From contig CAJFCJ010000009.1 of the NCBI GenBank assembly GCA_904063045.1, positions 1,158,942-1,222,941 of the forward strand: a stretch of DNA of 64,000 nucleotides, in the 5' to 3' direction. This document shows positions 1 to 11,555 of the stretch, piece after piece; within the stretch, counting starts at the first letter, position 1; every line of letters starts with the position of its first letter. A model generated the notes under the pieces. The model saw nothing but the letters and a program-made list of their open reading frames with translations, did no database searches and was not told the origin of the DNA. A program made the position numbers and the translations under genes. The DNA comes from Dimorphilus gyrociliatus. Taxonomy: Eukaryota > Animalia > Annelida.

Positions 1-840
1 ACTCCACCACGATTTCAGTATAAGAACTCTTTGCAGTTTGAGACCAACGCCCCTTTCAAATTCCTTTGCTTCGCTTTTCAATTTATCAAATTCTTTTTCA
101 GTTGTTAGAGGTTCAACAGACAGCAGCCATTTATCGATCGTATCTGCTAAATTAGGAACGGGTAGAGTTGGCAATGAACTTTGATAAGAATTCGTAGACG
201 GATGATAACCAGATATAAGTTTTACGAAAAACGCCCATACTGCAGTTGACCAGCTAATTCCTCTTCCAGGTCTCTCATCCATCCATCCTGTGTAACGCAA
301 TAATAAGCGTAAAGTCCATCTCCTAATGTACATTAAGCCGATAAAGAAAACCACTCCTCCGGCAAATGATACAGTAACAATTTTTAAAGGCTTTGGATTT
401 TCTACTGGTATATATTTTTCCAATTTGTGCAATTCATCAGTCAGAGGTTTTGCAAATTTTGGTTCTTTTGCAAGAAGTAGTGAAAAAGCACCTGTAGTTA
501 CTCCTAAATTATAAATATGGGTTGGCCATAGACCATTAGCGAGTAGGTTCCTGTTGAAAATGAAAATTATTAAAGTTATAAAGGCTAAATGAGCACTAAT
601 TATGTAAAAAAAATTGATTATAATTGTCAGATATATTTATCAGAACAAAAGTAATAAATAATTCAATATATCCATGTCAAACACGCCAGAGAAAGGAAAT
701 CTAGTTGATAAGTACCTCGTTGTATAAAATCGACGGACCCAATTCTTCCGCAATCCCCTAATAAAGTCTTGAGTTGGTTCCCTTCCCTCCTCCAAATGAT
801 AAACATTAAATTCTGCAACCGCTTGACGCGCCTCTGCCAT
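1..840 (-). CDS. CPT1: Carnitine O-palmitoyltransferase 1 (5' part; runs off the window start)
   Basis: Exon 1 (840-716) begins MAEARQAVAEF, like the CPT1 N-terminus MAEAHQAVAF. A GT-AG intron spans 715-551. Exon 2 reads ...SYQSSLPTLPVPNLADTIDKWLLSVEPL...GVGLKLQRVLILKSWWS, matching the CPT1 LPRLPVP...LKSWW segment. Confidence 0.93.
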
Positions 841-1362
841 AGCCAGTATCTATAAGCTTATCATTATTGCCAACAGAGTTTTCACTTTCTGAATACAATG
901 CAGTTAGCCTCTTGATGCAAAATATAAACAAATTCACAATCCGTCTCACTTTCTCCCTGCCTCTTTATAGACGCGGAGCGGGTACCGTTAAAAAACCAGT
1001 TTTTAATAAGAGTATGAAGGTTGCTGATTGGCTAACATCTCTAAACAAAATTATACTCTATACCGCGAAAATCTCAAGAGAGAATTATTTAAATATTTTC
1101 ATTACTTGTAATTTTTTTTAAAATCGCACGTGGTATAGTTTAAGAAAGATTTTAATTTTTATTAATATTCATTTTTGAAAAAAATAAAACTGCATCCATT
1201 TTTCAATCAGCTGCTAAATGAAAATACCAATTTTTCAATAATAATTATAAACACATTGTGATCGATCTGTTAATGTTAAAGTTTATCAAACACTCTTAAA
1301 GCTGCAGGTATATCAAATATATCTATTACATGATTGTTGCCTTTCTATGTTTTTAAAACATC

Positions 1363-4300
1363 CTAAGTACTGGATTCATCTTTTTCGGTTATGGTTTTGG
1401 CTGATCTGTCAGCTTGACTTAATTCACTTTTTTTACTTTCTATTCTTAATCTCCTATTTTCTTCCATTGTACTCTTCCAAACTTGTTCAAGATCTTGTTC
1501 TAGAGACTCTTTTTCGCATCGTGTGCGTTCTAATTCGGACTCTTTATCTCTTATCAGCAATCTAAGATGTCTCATCTCTCTTTCGTACTGATCAGATAAT
1601 TTTTTCATTTCTATATCCTTCTCCTTCAGTGACTCACAGACTTCTTCAATCTTTTCTTCAGCTTTCAGCTTAACTGACTAGAATTGAAAAGTATGATGAG
1701 TTTATTATTGAAAATTTAAAATATACATTCACTGAATACAAACTTTTAACTTTTCTTTATTTACTAATTTTTGCTTTTCTATTAAGAAGTTTTCCTTAAG
1801 TATTTTTTGTCTTTCTTTTTCCTTATGATGTACAGTTTTTTTCAGACTATCTCTCTCAAATGCCGCTCTTTCAGCCTATAAAATAAAATTGTTATATAAA
1901 AAACAAGTTAACTAGCCGAAAAAAGATATTAATCTATCTTTTATACTAACCGCTTTCACAACGGCTTGCAAATATTGTTCAATAGATTGACCCTTAAGAT
2001 CCGCTTGTTTTAGAATGTGTTGCATCAGCTCAACCTTTCTACGAGATTTACGTAAATGTTTGGATAATTGTTTTATTTCATTTCTTAGTTGTTTATTAAC
2101 AAATTCCAAATCTTCAGCTTTTACAACCGCCGTTGTTTTCTCAGTTACAGCTTCTGAAAGTTTATCTCTTAAAATATTTTTTTCTGATTCCCATTTATCC
2201 AATTCCTCAGATCTCTTTTGTTTAAATTCTGCAATGGCTTTGGAATGTTCGTCATGTGGTACATTACATTGGGCATCTATAAGGGCATCATCTAGTGATT
2301 TTTTTAATGTAACGCACTTGTCTCTTAATTCTTTTACTTCAATCTGAAGAGCTTCTTTCACTGCTTTAGATTCCGTGAATTGCTTTGTTATTTTATTAAT
2401 TTCATAAGAATGAGCAGCAATTATGTCCCGTTCTTTTCCTTGTTGAACATCTAATTGTTCCAAGAGAAGCTGATTTTCTTCTATGACAAGTTTACAGTGC
2501 TCTTGCATTTTCTTCCATTCGCTCATCGTTATTGGTTCACCTCCTGCTTCTTGTTCCAAGCGTATATGTAATCTATTGTTCTCCTCAATTATTATTTGAA
2601 GTTCTTCTTTCAATTTAAAAAATCCTTCTTTGTATCTGGAGAACTCTTTTAATCTCTCGTCATATTCGAGGAAAAGAGGAGATAGATATCTGGGATCAAT
2701 CTTTATAGATTGAATAAATTAATGAGAAATTTTTTCGAGTAATGAAATTTAAAAGTGATACTAACCCACCAGGAAGGAACACTCCTGCCATCAGGAAATA
2801 ATTCTTGAGATCTCGGAGGGGGCTTGTAGTGAAGTTGATAATCGGATAATTCTTTCGTTAATTTGTCAACTTGGTCTTGAAGCCCTTTTATCATATTTCT
2901 AGACGTTCTTGGTGTTTGCTGCTGGGGTTCTAATTGAAAATTATTTTAGTTCAAACCTAATAAAATTTATTTTGAAAAAACCTGATCTGCCTCTCTCGAG
3001 TATCTTCACCCTTTCCAGTATGTTCATCCATTCTCTGTCTTTAGCTATCATTTCATTTTTTAAGTTCTTGATATATTCATCTTGCTTATCAATTGTCACG
3101 GATTGAAGAGTGCTCTGAACTTGAGATGGTTCATCGTCGTCAAGGCCACTTTCCTCGTGTCCTCTTGATCTATCTCTTTCTCTTAATTCTTCTATTTCTC
3201 TTTCGAGTCTTTCGGTTTTTTCTCTCAGTTGGGCAATTTTTGGGGAAGTTGATAGAGTTGAAAGTAAATCTTTAAAAATACAACATATTTACTACTAAGA
3301 AACTATTCGAAGAAACTATTTCAAACTACCTGTTTGTCCTAAAGGTAAAGTAGCTTCCCCTGGTGAAAGAGCCCCACTAGCTTGTTCGAAACTTACTCGA
3401 GTGGAGGGGATAATTTGCTGTAAAACAATCCACATTAATAATTTTGTTGTTAAGATTTTCAAAAAATTTTAAGGCCTATTCGGTGAAAAATAGAACCCAC
3501 ATCTTCTATCGATCTCATAGTTGACTTAAGAGATGATTTGGTAACATTTAATGAGGATTTTGATACTCGAGACCCTCTAGAGCCGTATGAAAGTCGAACA
3601 TCATCAGTAGCGTCACGAGATCTAGGCCATTGGGATTTCGTGGCGGTTGGTGAGTTTCGTGAAAGCTCAGGCTATAAGTGAAAATTATAGTATTTATATC
3701 AAGTAATCTCTTCTGACATACAATATCAATCAATCAAAATAAAAATTAATCACTCAGAAAGAAATAAATTATATCAAAAAGAAAAAGTAATAATGAATTT
3801 TTTTGTGGGGATATACAGTGGAAGAATAGTTTAGAATGGATAAAAAAAATTATTCACACAAAGAGAAGTGGAAACATTTGCTTTTTCATGCAAATCACCT
3901 GATTCACCCTTGAAGAAATCCTATCGAAGGCTGAAAAAAATAGCATAAACTAACTCCATGCATACCAAATCATAAGAGTATAAATCAATATGTCTATAAA
4001 TGACAGTGAAATATCTTCTAGTAATTACATTTACAATTACAGATTAGTTCATTTAACTTTTGTAATAGAAGCAAGCTATTGTGATCAGAAGCCCAGGTAT
4101 TTCACCTTATCACTATGGAAAGAGAAAGGGGTCGTGGATCTATTTCCTAAGGTATTTACTTCCTGATTTTCAATTGGAGCTTCTTCAAAGGAATTGTTAT
4201 CTTCTGTTACAGAAGTAATGCTATCTGAATCGACTGTTGCTTTTTTTTCAACTTCATGCACTTCAACAGTGGTATGAATGGGCGATTGTTTTTTTACAAC

Positions 4301-5537
4301 AGTTTCTAAAACATTCCTTTCAAGCGAAGTTTTATTTACGCTAGAGTACAATCCTTCAAGGAGGTTATCAACTTTTTGAGGCACTATATATTAGTGGTTT
4401 GGTTTAAGAATATGGGCTGTACATTACAAAACTTGAATATGGTTTTACCTGGTGGGGAAATATCCCCATCTAAATCATCTTCACTATCATCTCCTCGAAA
4501 TCCTTCTGGAGGTAATGGGGGATCCGGTGATGTTCTCCAGTCACCCCGTCTTTCAATGGTATCGTAGCTTTTGTAATGTGATAAATATTAGTATAGCGAT
4601 ATATAACAACAAAAATTAAAGCAGAAAATGAAACAGTAATAATTATTACTACACAAATAATCTGATCAGAAAAATAGAAAAATTAAGAGATAAATCTGGA
4701 TGTGTCACGAGTTTGAATCTTAAATACTTAAGATGATTGTTAGGCTTACCAGGGATCATTTATATTATCTACATTTGAATAAGAATTTGTAGTTGGTCCT
4801 ATAAGTTCTGTAACAATTCGTGCTGATGAAAAGGCAACAGCTTGAATATTGTTTTCAGGCAGAGGATAGTGATAGGGTAAACCGACGAATGCAGCTTTCG
4901 GTAAGAGATATTTGCCAAGAGTGTGCTTAAAGGCGTTAATAACAGATTAGAAAATATTAGGTGATTCTATTCTGAATGCAGAAATACATAAAAGCGCTAT
5001 GTTGAACTAACACAAGAAAGAGAATAAACACAATATCGAGATTAAGCAAAGAAAGCCTATTTAAGTTGGTTTTAAAGATAGGAAACTAAGCAAATTAACT
5101 TCACATACGGTGATGGACTTCGTGCGTTGGCGTAATCGTATAAAGTTGTATCTGTATCCGTATGAATTTCTATATCATGATCGGGAGGGGAGAAAAACCT
5201 GTGCATTATTGACGAATTTAATACTGTAGAAGCAAGGCCCGAATTCATTGTTGTTGATACATCCTGTTTTGGAACAGGAGAACTTCTTGGAGAAGCAGTA
5301 ATAGCTACCGAAGGAGTTACTGCTGTTGCAATAGTCATCTGTTTGGAAGTTGATCACGAAAATCAGACAAGCAATATCAATCAACTGGTTATTTATCAAC
5401 AGGGCGATAATAAAACAACTTTCTTATTTTTAAAGAAACACCTCCCGCATAAAACTTACGCCATCGTTCTTTAAACCTTTTCGCTTCCCTTTCTTTGTAG
5501 AAGAGCTTTTTTGTTTATTTCCTTTTTTTTCAGCCAT
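1363..5537 (-). CDS. CEP89: Centrosomal protein CEP89/CCDC123-like coiled-coil protein, multi-exon
   Basis: C-terminal exons match CEP89 motifs: VPSWWIDPRYLSPLFLEY, EWKKMQEHCKLVIEENQLLLEQLDVQQ and QYEREMRHLRLLI...LEQVWKSTMEENRRLR. The low-complexity upstream exons I checked (4384-3093) link with consistent phases. The proposed ATG at 5537 (MAEKKGNK) and the 5' boundary are less certain. Confidence 0.8.
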
Positions 5538-6072
5538 TTTACAAGAAAAAACGGATGATGAAACTTGTTCGCTCTTGTTCGCGGTGGAATTTGAAAACGA
5601 CTGGTTCCCTACTCCAACCCGACAAAAAGAGTGGCAGTAGTATTTCAAAAAATCTAAATAAGAAGAAATTTATCCAAATAGAAAATAATTTCAAATAAAT
5701 GAATAATATTAAAGATTAGGTATTATTTAAAAAAAGATAATCATTCTTTAATATACTTTATTAGTATTTATAATAAATCATAGAAAAACTAGACAGAATT
5801 TTAAATGAATCGTAGAATCTACAAACTATTAAATATGTCCAATTAAAGACAACTTTCAATGGGTATTATTGAAATTAAACGTGATTTTATAAACTAATTT
5901 AAATTTTAAACAGTTTAAAAAATGCCGCTGTATTTGATACTTTTACTAATTATCGGAATATCAATTACCCCTTTCCTCTATTATAATAATCGGTTATGTT
6001 TAGACTATATAAGGCAACCGTACGTATTCTTTTGCTTAAAGGTTACTAAGTTAATATTTTGAATATTATCGC

Positions 6073-8007
6073 ATGAACATGTTATTTAGGAGGATATCGA
6101 TGGATTATCCTCCAAGCCAAGACACGCTTAATGCCACGGAGAAGGAAATTAAATCACCCTATGTACATCTTGTTCGACAATTAAGAACAGTATTTCAAAA
6201 ATATCCCAATAGACATATTGCTACTCAAACAAAACCTTTAAATTCCGATACATCAATTAGTTATGACGTTTCTGTTGAAGCTTGCTCTGATATAAGTTCT
6301 TGTAGTAAATCAGGAAATGAATCTTCATTGGACAGTAATTGGTTAGATGTCGATGGAGGTCAACTGTGTATCCACAGGATATCAAGCAGTGATGAGGAAG
6401 ATGTGGTAAAATCAGGTATTAGCGATAAAATTGGTAAAGAATACAGCGGAAATACGAATGAAAAGGGACATTCTAAGTTAGAAAGTAAAGATGATATAAA
6501 GGAAATACCAAAAAGGGTCGATTATAGAAAATTTGATGAAAAATTTAAATCAAAGGAAAGGAAAAGGAATATTAAAGGAAAGTCTTTAATTACTATCGAT
6601 CAGGATGCTTTGAAATTTGTTATAAAAAAGAATCCCGATGACGACGAAGATAGCGACTATGACGAAAATGAAAATAAAAATTTGAGAGAGTTTTCAATGA
6701 ATTACGTATTAGAATCAGTTATATCTCAATTCCAATCAAGCATAAAGAATCATGATTCATCTTTTGAGAAATCAAAGAAAAAATGTTTAGTAATTAAACT
6801 TAAATTGGAAGATGGATATAGTAATGTATCAGCATTGTCTACTTCCAGGAAGAAGCTGAATGATTGGTCAGCATATTATGGAAATATAATTTTATCTGTC
6901 ATAGTGTTTTTTATTGTTGGTTTATATATCCTTAAAAAAGTATACATTGAAAATAATAGCAATAATAGCGAAGATAGAAACGATCAAACTCCAACTAAGC
7001 TATTAGAAGATATTCTCTCACTCTTCTATAACGCCTCTAAAAATGATATTCGTACGGGGTTGGAAAATTTTTTCCAGATGACATCAAATAAGAATCGTAG
7101 CTATAATAACAATCATCCACCAGTATTGAATGGGTCAGGCGATGATAATTTAAATGATGTTGAAACGAAAGTAGTTACAATAATATCTCAAGAAATCTAT
7201 TCAATATTCTATAGAAATATTCAGAGGAAATTAAAAGAATTTCAAAATGCCTTTAAAAACGGCTTGAAGAATCCGATTAAATTCTTTCAAGTTTTTATAG
7301 TAACATTAACGTATTTACTTGTTGAAATGGTAAAATTTGGCTTAGATGTTATTAGTAAAACACTCCAGCTGACAGCTGTCATTACTTTAGCTCTTATCTA
7401 CCTAATTGTTAACTTAAGTAATTGGATTATTTATAATATTAATGAAAATGTTTCAAATTTGTCTATTTTTATAATTAATCTATTATCATTCCCTATTCGA
7501 TTGTTTAGGAGAGGATTTAGCATTTTTTATCGTAAGATAAGATATTTTATATATAGTAAAGAATCGGATGATTGGACGGAACAAGAGGATATTGAACTAA
7601 TGGAATTGAGAAGAGCAAACTCATTTAATTTACTCAATCAGAATAATAATGCTGATCTTTCTTTAACAACTGATAATTCTTCATTTTGTTGTACATGTTC
7701 GTCCCAAAGTTCTTTTACATCCCTTAATGAATTGACTGAGGTTGATGATAGAAACAGTATTAAAGAATTAGAAGAAGATGAAGAGAGTGAGTGTAGAACA
7801 GCAATAAACAATCTAAGTGTTAATTTAAACTACTTAGACGAGAAAATATATCAGAATCCATACGAAAATTTAGTAAGAAAAGATTTTAAATTATTTCAAT
7901 CAAGAAGTATAAGAATTATGAAAGGATTAACTAATCCACATTTAATATTAAGAGATTTAATAAACTTTTATATAAAATATGATAATTGCAGTATAAAGAA
8001 AAAATAA
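6073..8007 (+). CDS. Intronless 644-aa orphan protein with predicted transmembrane segments
   Basis: A 1.9-kb uninterrupted ORF in very AT-rich DNA is unlikely by chance. It has hydrophobic stretches (NIILSVIVFFIVGLYIL; FFQVFIVTLTYLL...AVITLALIYLIV) and acidic/Ser/Asn-rich regions. I recognise no family. Confidence 0.75.
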   Translation: MNMLFRRISMDYPPSQDTLNATEKEIKSPYVHLVRQLRTVFQKYPNRHIATQTKPLNSDTSISYDVSVEACSDISSCSKSGNESSLDSNWLDVDGGQLCIHRISSSDEEDVVKSGISDKIGKEYSGNTNEKGHSKLESKDDIKEIPKRVDYRKFDEKFKSKERKRNIKGKSLITIDQDALKFVIKKNPDDDEDSDYDENENKNLREFSMNYVLESVISQFQSSIKNHDSSFEKSKKKCLVIKLKLEDGYSNVSALSTSRKKLNDWSAYYGNIILSVIVFFIVGLYILKKVYIENNSNNSEDRNDQTPTKLLEDILSLFYNASKNDIRTGLENFFQMTSNKNRSYNNNHPPVLNGSGDDNLNDVETKVVTIISQEIYSIFYRNIQRKLKEFQNAFKNGLKNPIKFFQVFIVTLTYLLVEMVKFGLDVISKTLQLTAVITLALIYLIVNLSNWIIYNINENVSNLSIFIINLLSFPIRLFRRGFSIFYRKIRYFIYSKESDDWTEQEDIELMELRRANSFNLLNQNNNADLSLTTDNSSFCCTCSSQSSFTSLNELTEVDDRNSIKELEEDEESECRTAINNLSVNLNYLDEKIYQNPYENLVRKDFKLFQSRSIRIMKGLTNPHLILRDLINFYIKYDNCSIKKK

Positions 8008-8286
8008 AAATTAATCAATCATGAAAAAAGTATGAAAAGATTATAAATCAACAATTATTTAATGAAGTTATTTATATATAAATACTGTATATATAGCATT
8101 CAATTATTAATATAAATAAGCTTAATAATATATTTTTATTTATACTCTGTCAACTTTGAGTAGGATTAAATTTATTCAATAAATCAATTAATTCCAATTC
8201 AATATGCTGTGTAAGTAACAATTTTGCTCTTCTTTCCTAATTTAATGATATTACATTAATCAAAGTTGTAATTAATTATTTTTATA

Positions 8287-10810
8287 TTAACTAACTGCTA
8301 TAATTTCTTCATTTCTTATTGTAACATCTTTCTTTTCCATATGAATTTCATAGTCACTCTTCTCTTGTGCTCTTTTTGTACTTTCGTCTAATAACTTGAT
8401 AAGTCTATAGCAAGTTAGTGGCATCACTAGAAGGAGAAAGATTCCGGCAAATACCGGAAGATATAAATTATTAAAGTCTTGTTCGAATTTGTCCAGAAAC
8501 TTTTCCATATTGATATCTTCTCCTAAGCATTGTCTTGTTTGAGCCGCAACTGTTTTCGGATTTCGATATTGACCATTCGATCTACATGAACTATGAAAGA
8601 AATTACAAGATCTATGAGTTCAATAAAGTACAATATTTTGTTTTGTATGAAAAATAATAGAAGACGAAAAACCTGCAGGAAGTTGATGCAAAACCTGAAG
8701 AAAAATAAAAAGGTGGGCAAGGTAGGCATCGTCTATAGAATCCAATTCTTGGTTGATAGTGTCCAGCTTTACAAGGTTTACATATGTCTCTTTCAAGGCT
8801 TAAAATTAGAGTAAATTAGTTTAATCTATCCAATTTACATATTTACAGGCAATTTACAAATAACCAGCCGGACAAGCGAATGTCAAGTTAAATCTGTCAT
8901 CCATGAAGGTTATATTGTAGTCATTTTCGTCGAAAGTTCGCCTATCTTTCCGCCACTCGATAATAATATTTCTTATCTATAGTAATACATGTTAAATGTG
9001 CACATTTGAATGAAGCATTAAAAGTATTTACGTGTTTCAAATGCTTAGAAATATGCCGAAGGGTGCAAACATCCTTACAAATTCTACCTAATTTTAGAGT
9101 AACGTCCAATATGTAAGTGTTTAGTCTTGAATAATAAAAACTGTGAAATAAAATAGCAAATTGCATTCATTTCTATTATTAACTTATTTTCTCTCTCTCT
9201 CTCTCGCAACATTACTAACGTAAAGTCTAAAGTTGGACCTTTTCCACTCTCTTCGTAACAATCTTGATAACCTTGAAATGACAAGGATCTCTTTTTTGTA
9301 TTCTAAATATACACTTGTATATACAATATATATGTATAAATTTATACCTATAACGATGCAAGGTCTCGAATCGTATTCTTTTATCTTCTCGCATAATTCT
9401 GTAACATAGTTTTTGGACATAGCATTCCTCCTTTCAACACTAGGACACTTACTGTCGCTTGTGACTGTTAAAAATATCTATTTTTTATTAATGATAAAAT
9501 AAATGGTTATTTTTTATAAATATATATTTTACCTTTGTATAGCCAAACATCTGAGTTGGTAGAGTAGGGGGACTTTGATTAAATAATCTATAATTCTCAT
9601 GCTTCTCTAGTACGATATCACTTATATTTTTTATTAAGAGTATGTGTCTTTGACATTGGGAGATTGAAAGTGCTGCAAGTTTATTCGTCGTAAAACCTTG
9701 TGGACAAGGAGTACATTTTTGTATGTGAAATCCCGTTTTATAAAAGCCATATGGGCAAGGAATGCATAAATCAGGATAATACGGATCAATATAATTAAAT
9801 GTAAATCCTTCCTGACAAACTTGATTGTACTTAATATCTTTTTCGGTAGGCATTTTAGTCTGTAAGAATCTATTGTGTATATTGAAAAATGGATATATTG
9901 AGCTTATTATTGGATCTATATGATCTCTTTTTAAATATTTAGATTGTTTAAGAGAATAGGTCATCCATTCTATATCGAAGTATAAATTAGATACTGATTT
10001 CCAGATGTCAATTGCCTCCACTGATATATTAAACAGAAGGATATCAAAATGTTGTCTACCTTTACCTAATATTGTATGTTCATCTAACCAATTTATTCTA
10101 TTGCGAACAGCATCATAGCAACCAAATTTTGTTAAATTGAAAGAGCATCTTCGAAAGAAACGATAGTTTGTTTGGCATAATTTCTTTTTAATATATTTAA
10201 CAATGTGATCGTCGTGTAATAAATAATAATTACATGGATTAAACCATTCGTTATTCTTTTTGAGTGGCATTGCTATTCGCCACGTGGATGAGCTTTTAAA
10301 CCTTAAAGGTTTAGTTGAATATACAATTCTTTCAATTGACATTTCACTCCATTTATTAGTAAAAATGTCTTTAAATTTTTGCCTACAACGATATATACCA
10401 GTACTATTTACTCTTGGATTCCATACAATTAATGAATGAAGATAGTCGGATGAGTTTTTTCTGCTAAGATCTATAGAAAAAATTTCTTCTTTGTTCTCTT
10501 TATTTATTCTGACAAGATTTTGCAATATTACGTTAGAATTTAGAAATATATAAGAAGCATTATTCATCGAAATATTTCCGCGATGAGTTATATTACCATC
10601 CGGTGTTACCCATAGAAACGAATGATTTCTCTGCCGCTTTAACGTGTTATTTTTCTTTAAACCGCATTTTATCAAACTAGGTCTATTTTGATAGATATAA
10701 GTTTCATTTCTATCTAATAATTGATGATTAATAGCTTCAAATATTTTTACTTTAATAACAGTAGACTTTGCGGCAAAAGCAGTTGTTAATAAAATCAATA
10801 AGGAACACAT
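8287..10810 (-). CDS. Type I membrane protein: signal peptide, Ig domain, two Sp38/ZPBP-like plus GCC2/GCC3 (ephrin-receptor-like) Cys modules, TM helix, short tail
   Basis: The long exon 10810-9533 has a signal peptide, an Ig-like C...W...GIYRC and CQEGF...CIPCPYGFYK...CTPCPQGFTT...C. Downstream exons splice to CPAGYF...CKPCKAGHYQP...CLPCPPFYFSS...C and then in frame into ORF 8508-8287 (TM LYLPVFAGIFLLLVMPLTCY). One internal donor near 9240 is weak. Confidence 0.75.
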
Positions 10811-11555
10811 ATCTATCTATCAATTAATATGGCATAGAGAGAGAAAAAATAACAAAGTTTTGAAAAAGCTTTAATGACATGAATTAAAAAAACAAAAAGA
10901 AAAATTGTTCCAGCAAGAAAGACTTTTTAACTAAATTCTATATAAAGTACGAAACAAAGCCTAGTAGAGATTATCTAACTTTTCGTATCAACTTTTACTC
11001 ATAAAATATAAAAGACTTTGAACAATTTGTAGAGATTTATTAGATGGATCAAAATATATATAAATTTATATATATATATATATAAAACAAGTAAAGAACC
11101 ATCCAAATATGAAATATCAAACAATTCGAAAAAGAAGTTTTTACCTCGTTAACATTTCCATCTTTTCTTTTTTTAATTATATCTCTCTTGAATGAAAGAT
11201 AGAAGAAGTTCTGTGAAAAAAAAAAGGACAAGAGATACAACAAAAAGAAAGAAAAGGCAAAAGATAAAAAAATAAAGAAACAGGAAATGTTTTCTCTTTG
11301 TAAATGATGTGAAAATGTTCTCTCTCTTGTTTTTTTCCAAAAAAACATGAATTAGACCGTTAAAAAAATAATAAAAAATAATAAACTGGATAAGAAAACA
11401 ATAATAGGTCAACTGCGAAGAAGATTTTTCTTTATCTAACACAAAATATATGAAGAAAGGATTTATAGCCAATTTTTTTGTTGTTGTTTCAATCCGTGTT
11501 AAATTTCTTCTTAAAATAACTATTTTTTTATACACATTTTTTTGTACTTCAACTA

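Noticed and set aside
867-1121. 84-aa plus-strand ORF
   Set aside because: It lies over the CPT1 promoter/5' region, shows no recognisable domain, and its length is compatible with chance.
2015-3275. Plus-strand ORFs 2015-2347, 2909-3106 and 3093-3275
   Set aside because: They are antisense shadows of CEP89 exons; similar shadows occur over ATF2, CEP70, COG4, PRPSAP and CPE.
8287-8729. Apparent standalone small membrane proteins (73 aa and 68 aa)
   Set aside because: The 73-aa ORF is the spliced C-terminus of the 10810 gene; the 68-aa ORF is an out-of-frame reading across exon and intron.
11049-11535. Phe-rich hydrophobic ORFs
   Set aside because: They are translations of low-complexity poly-T/A sequence in the ATF2 3' region.
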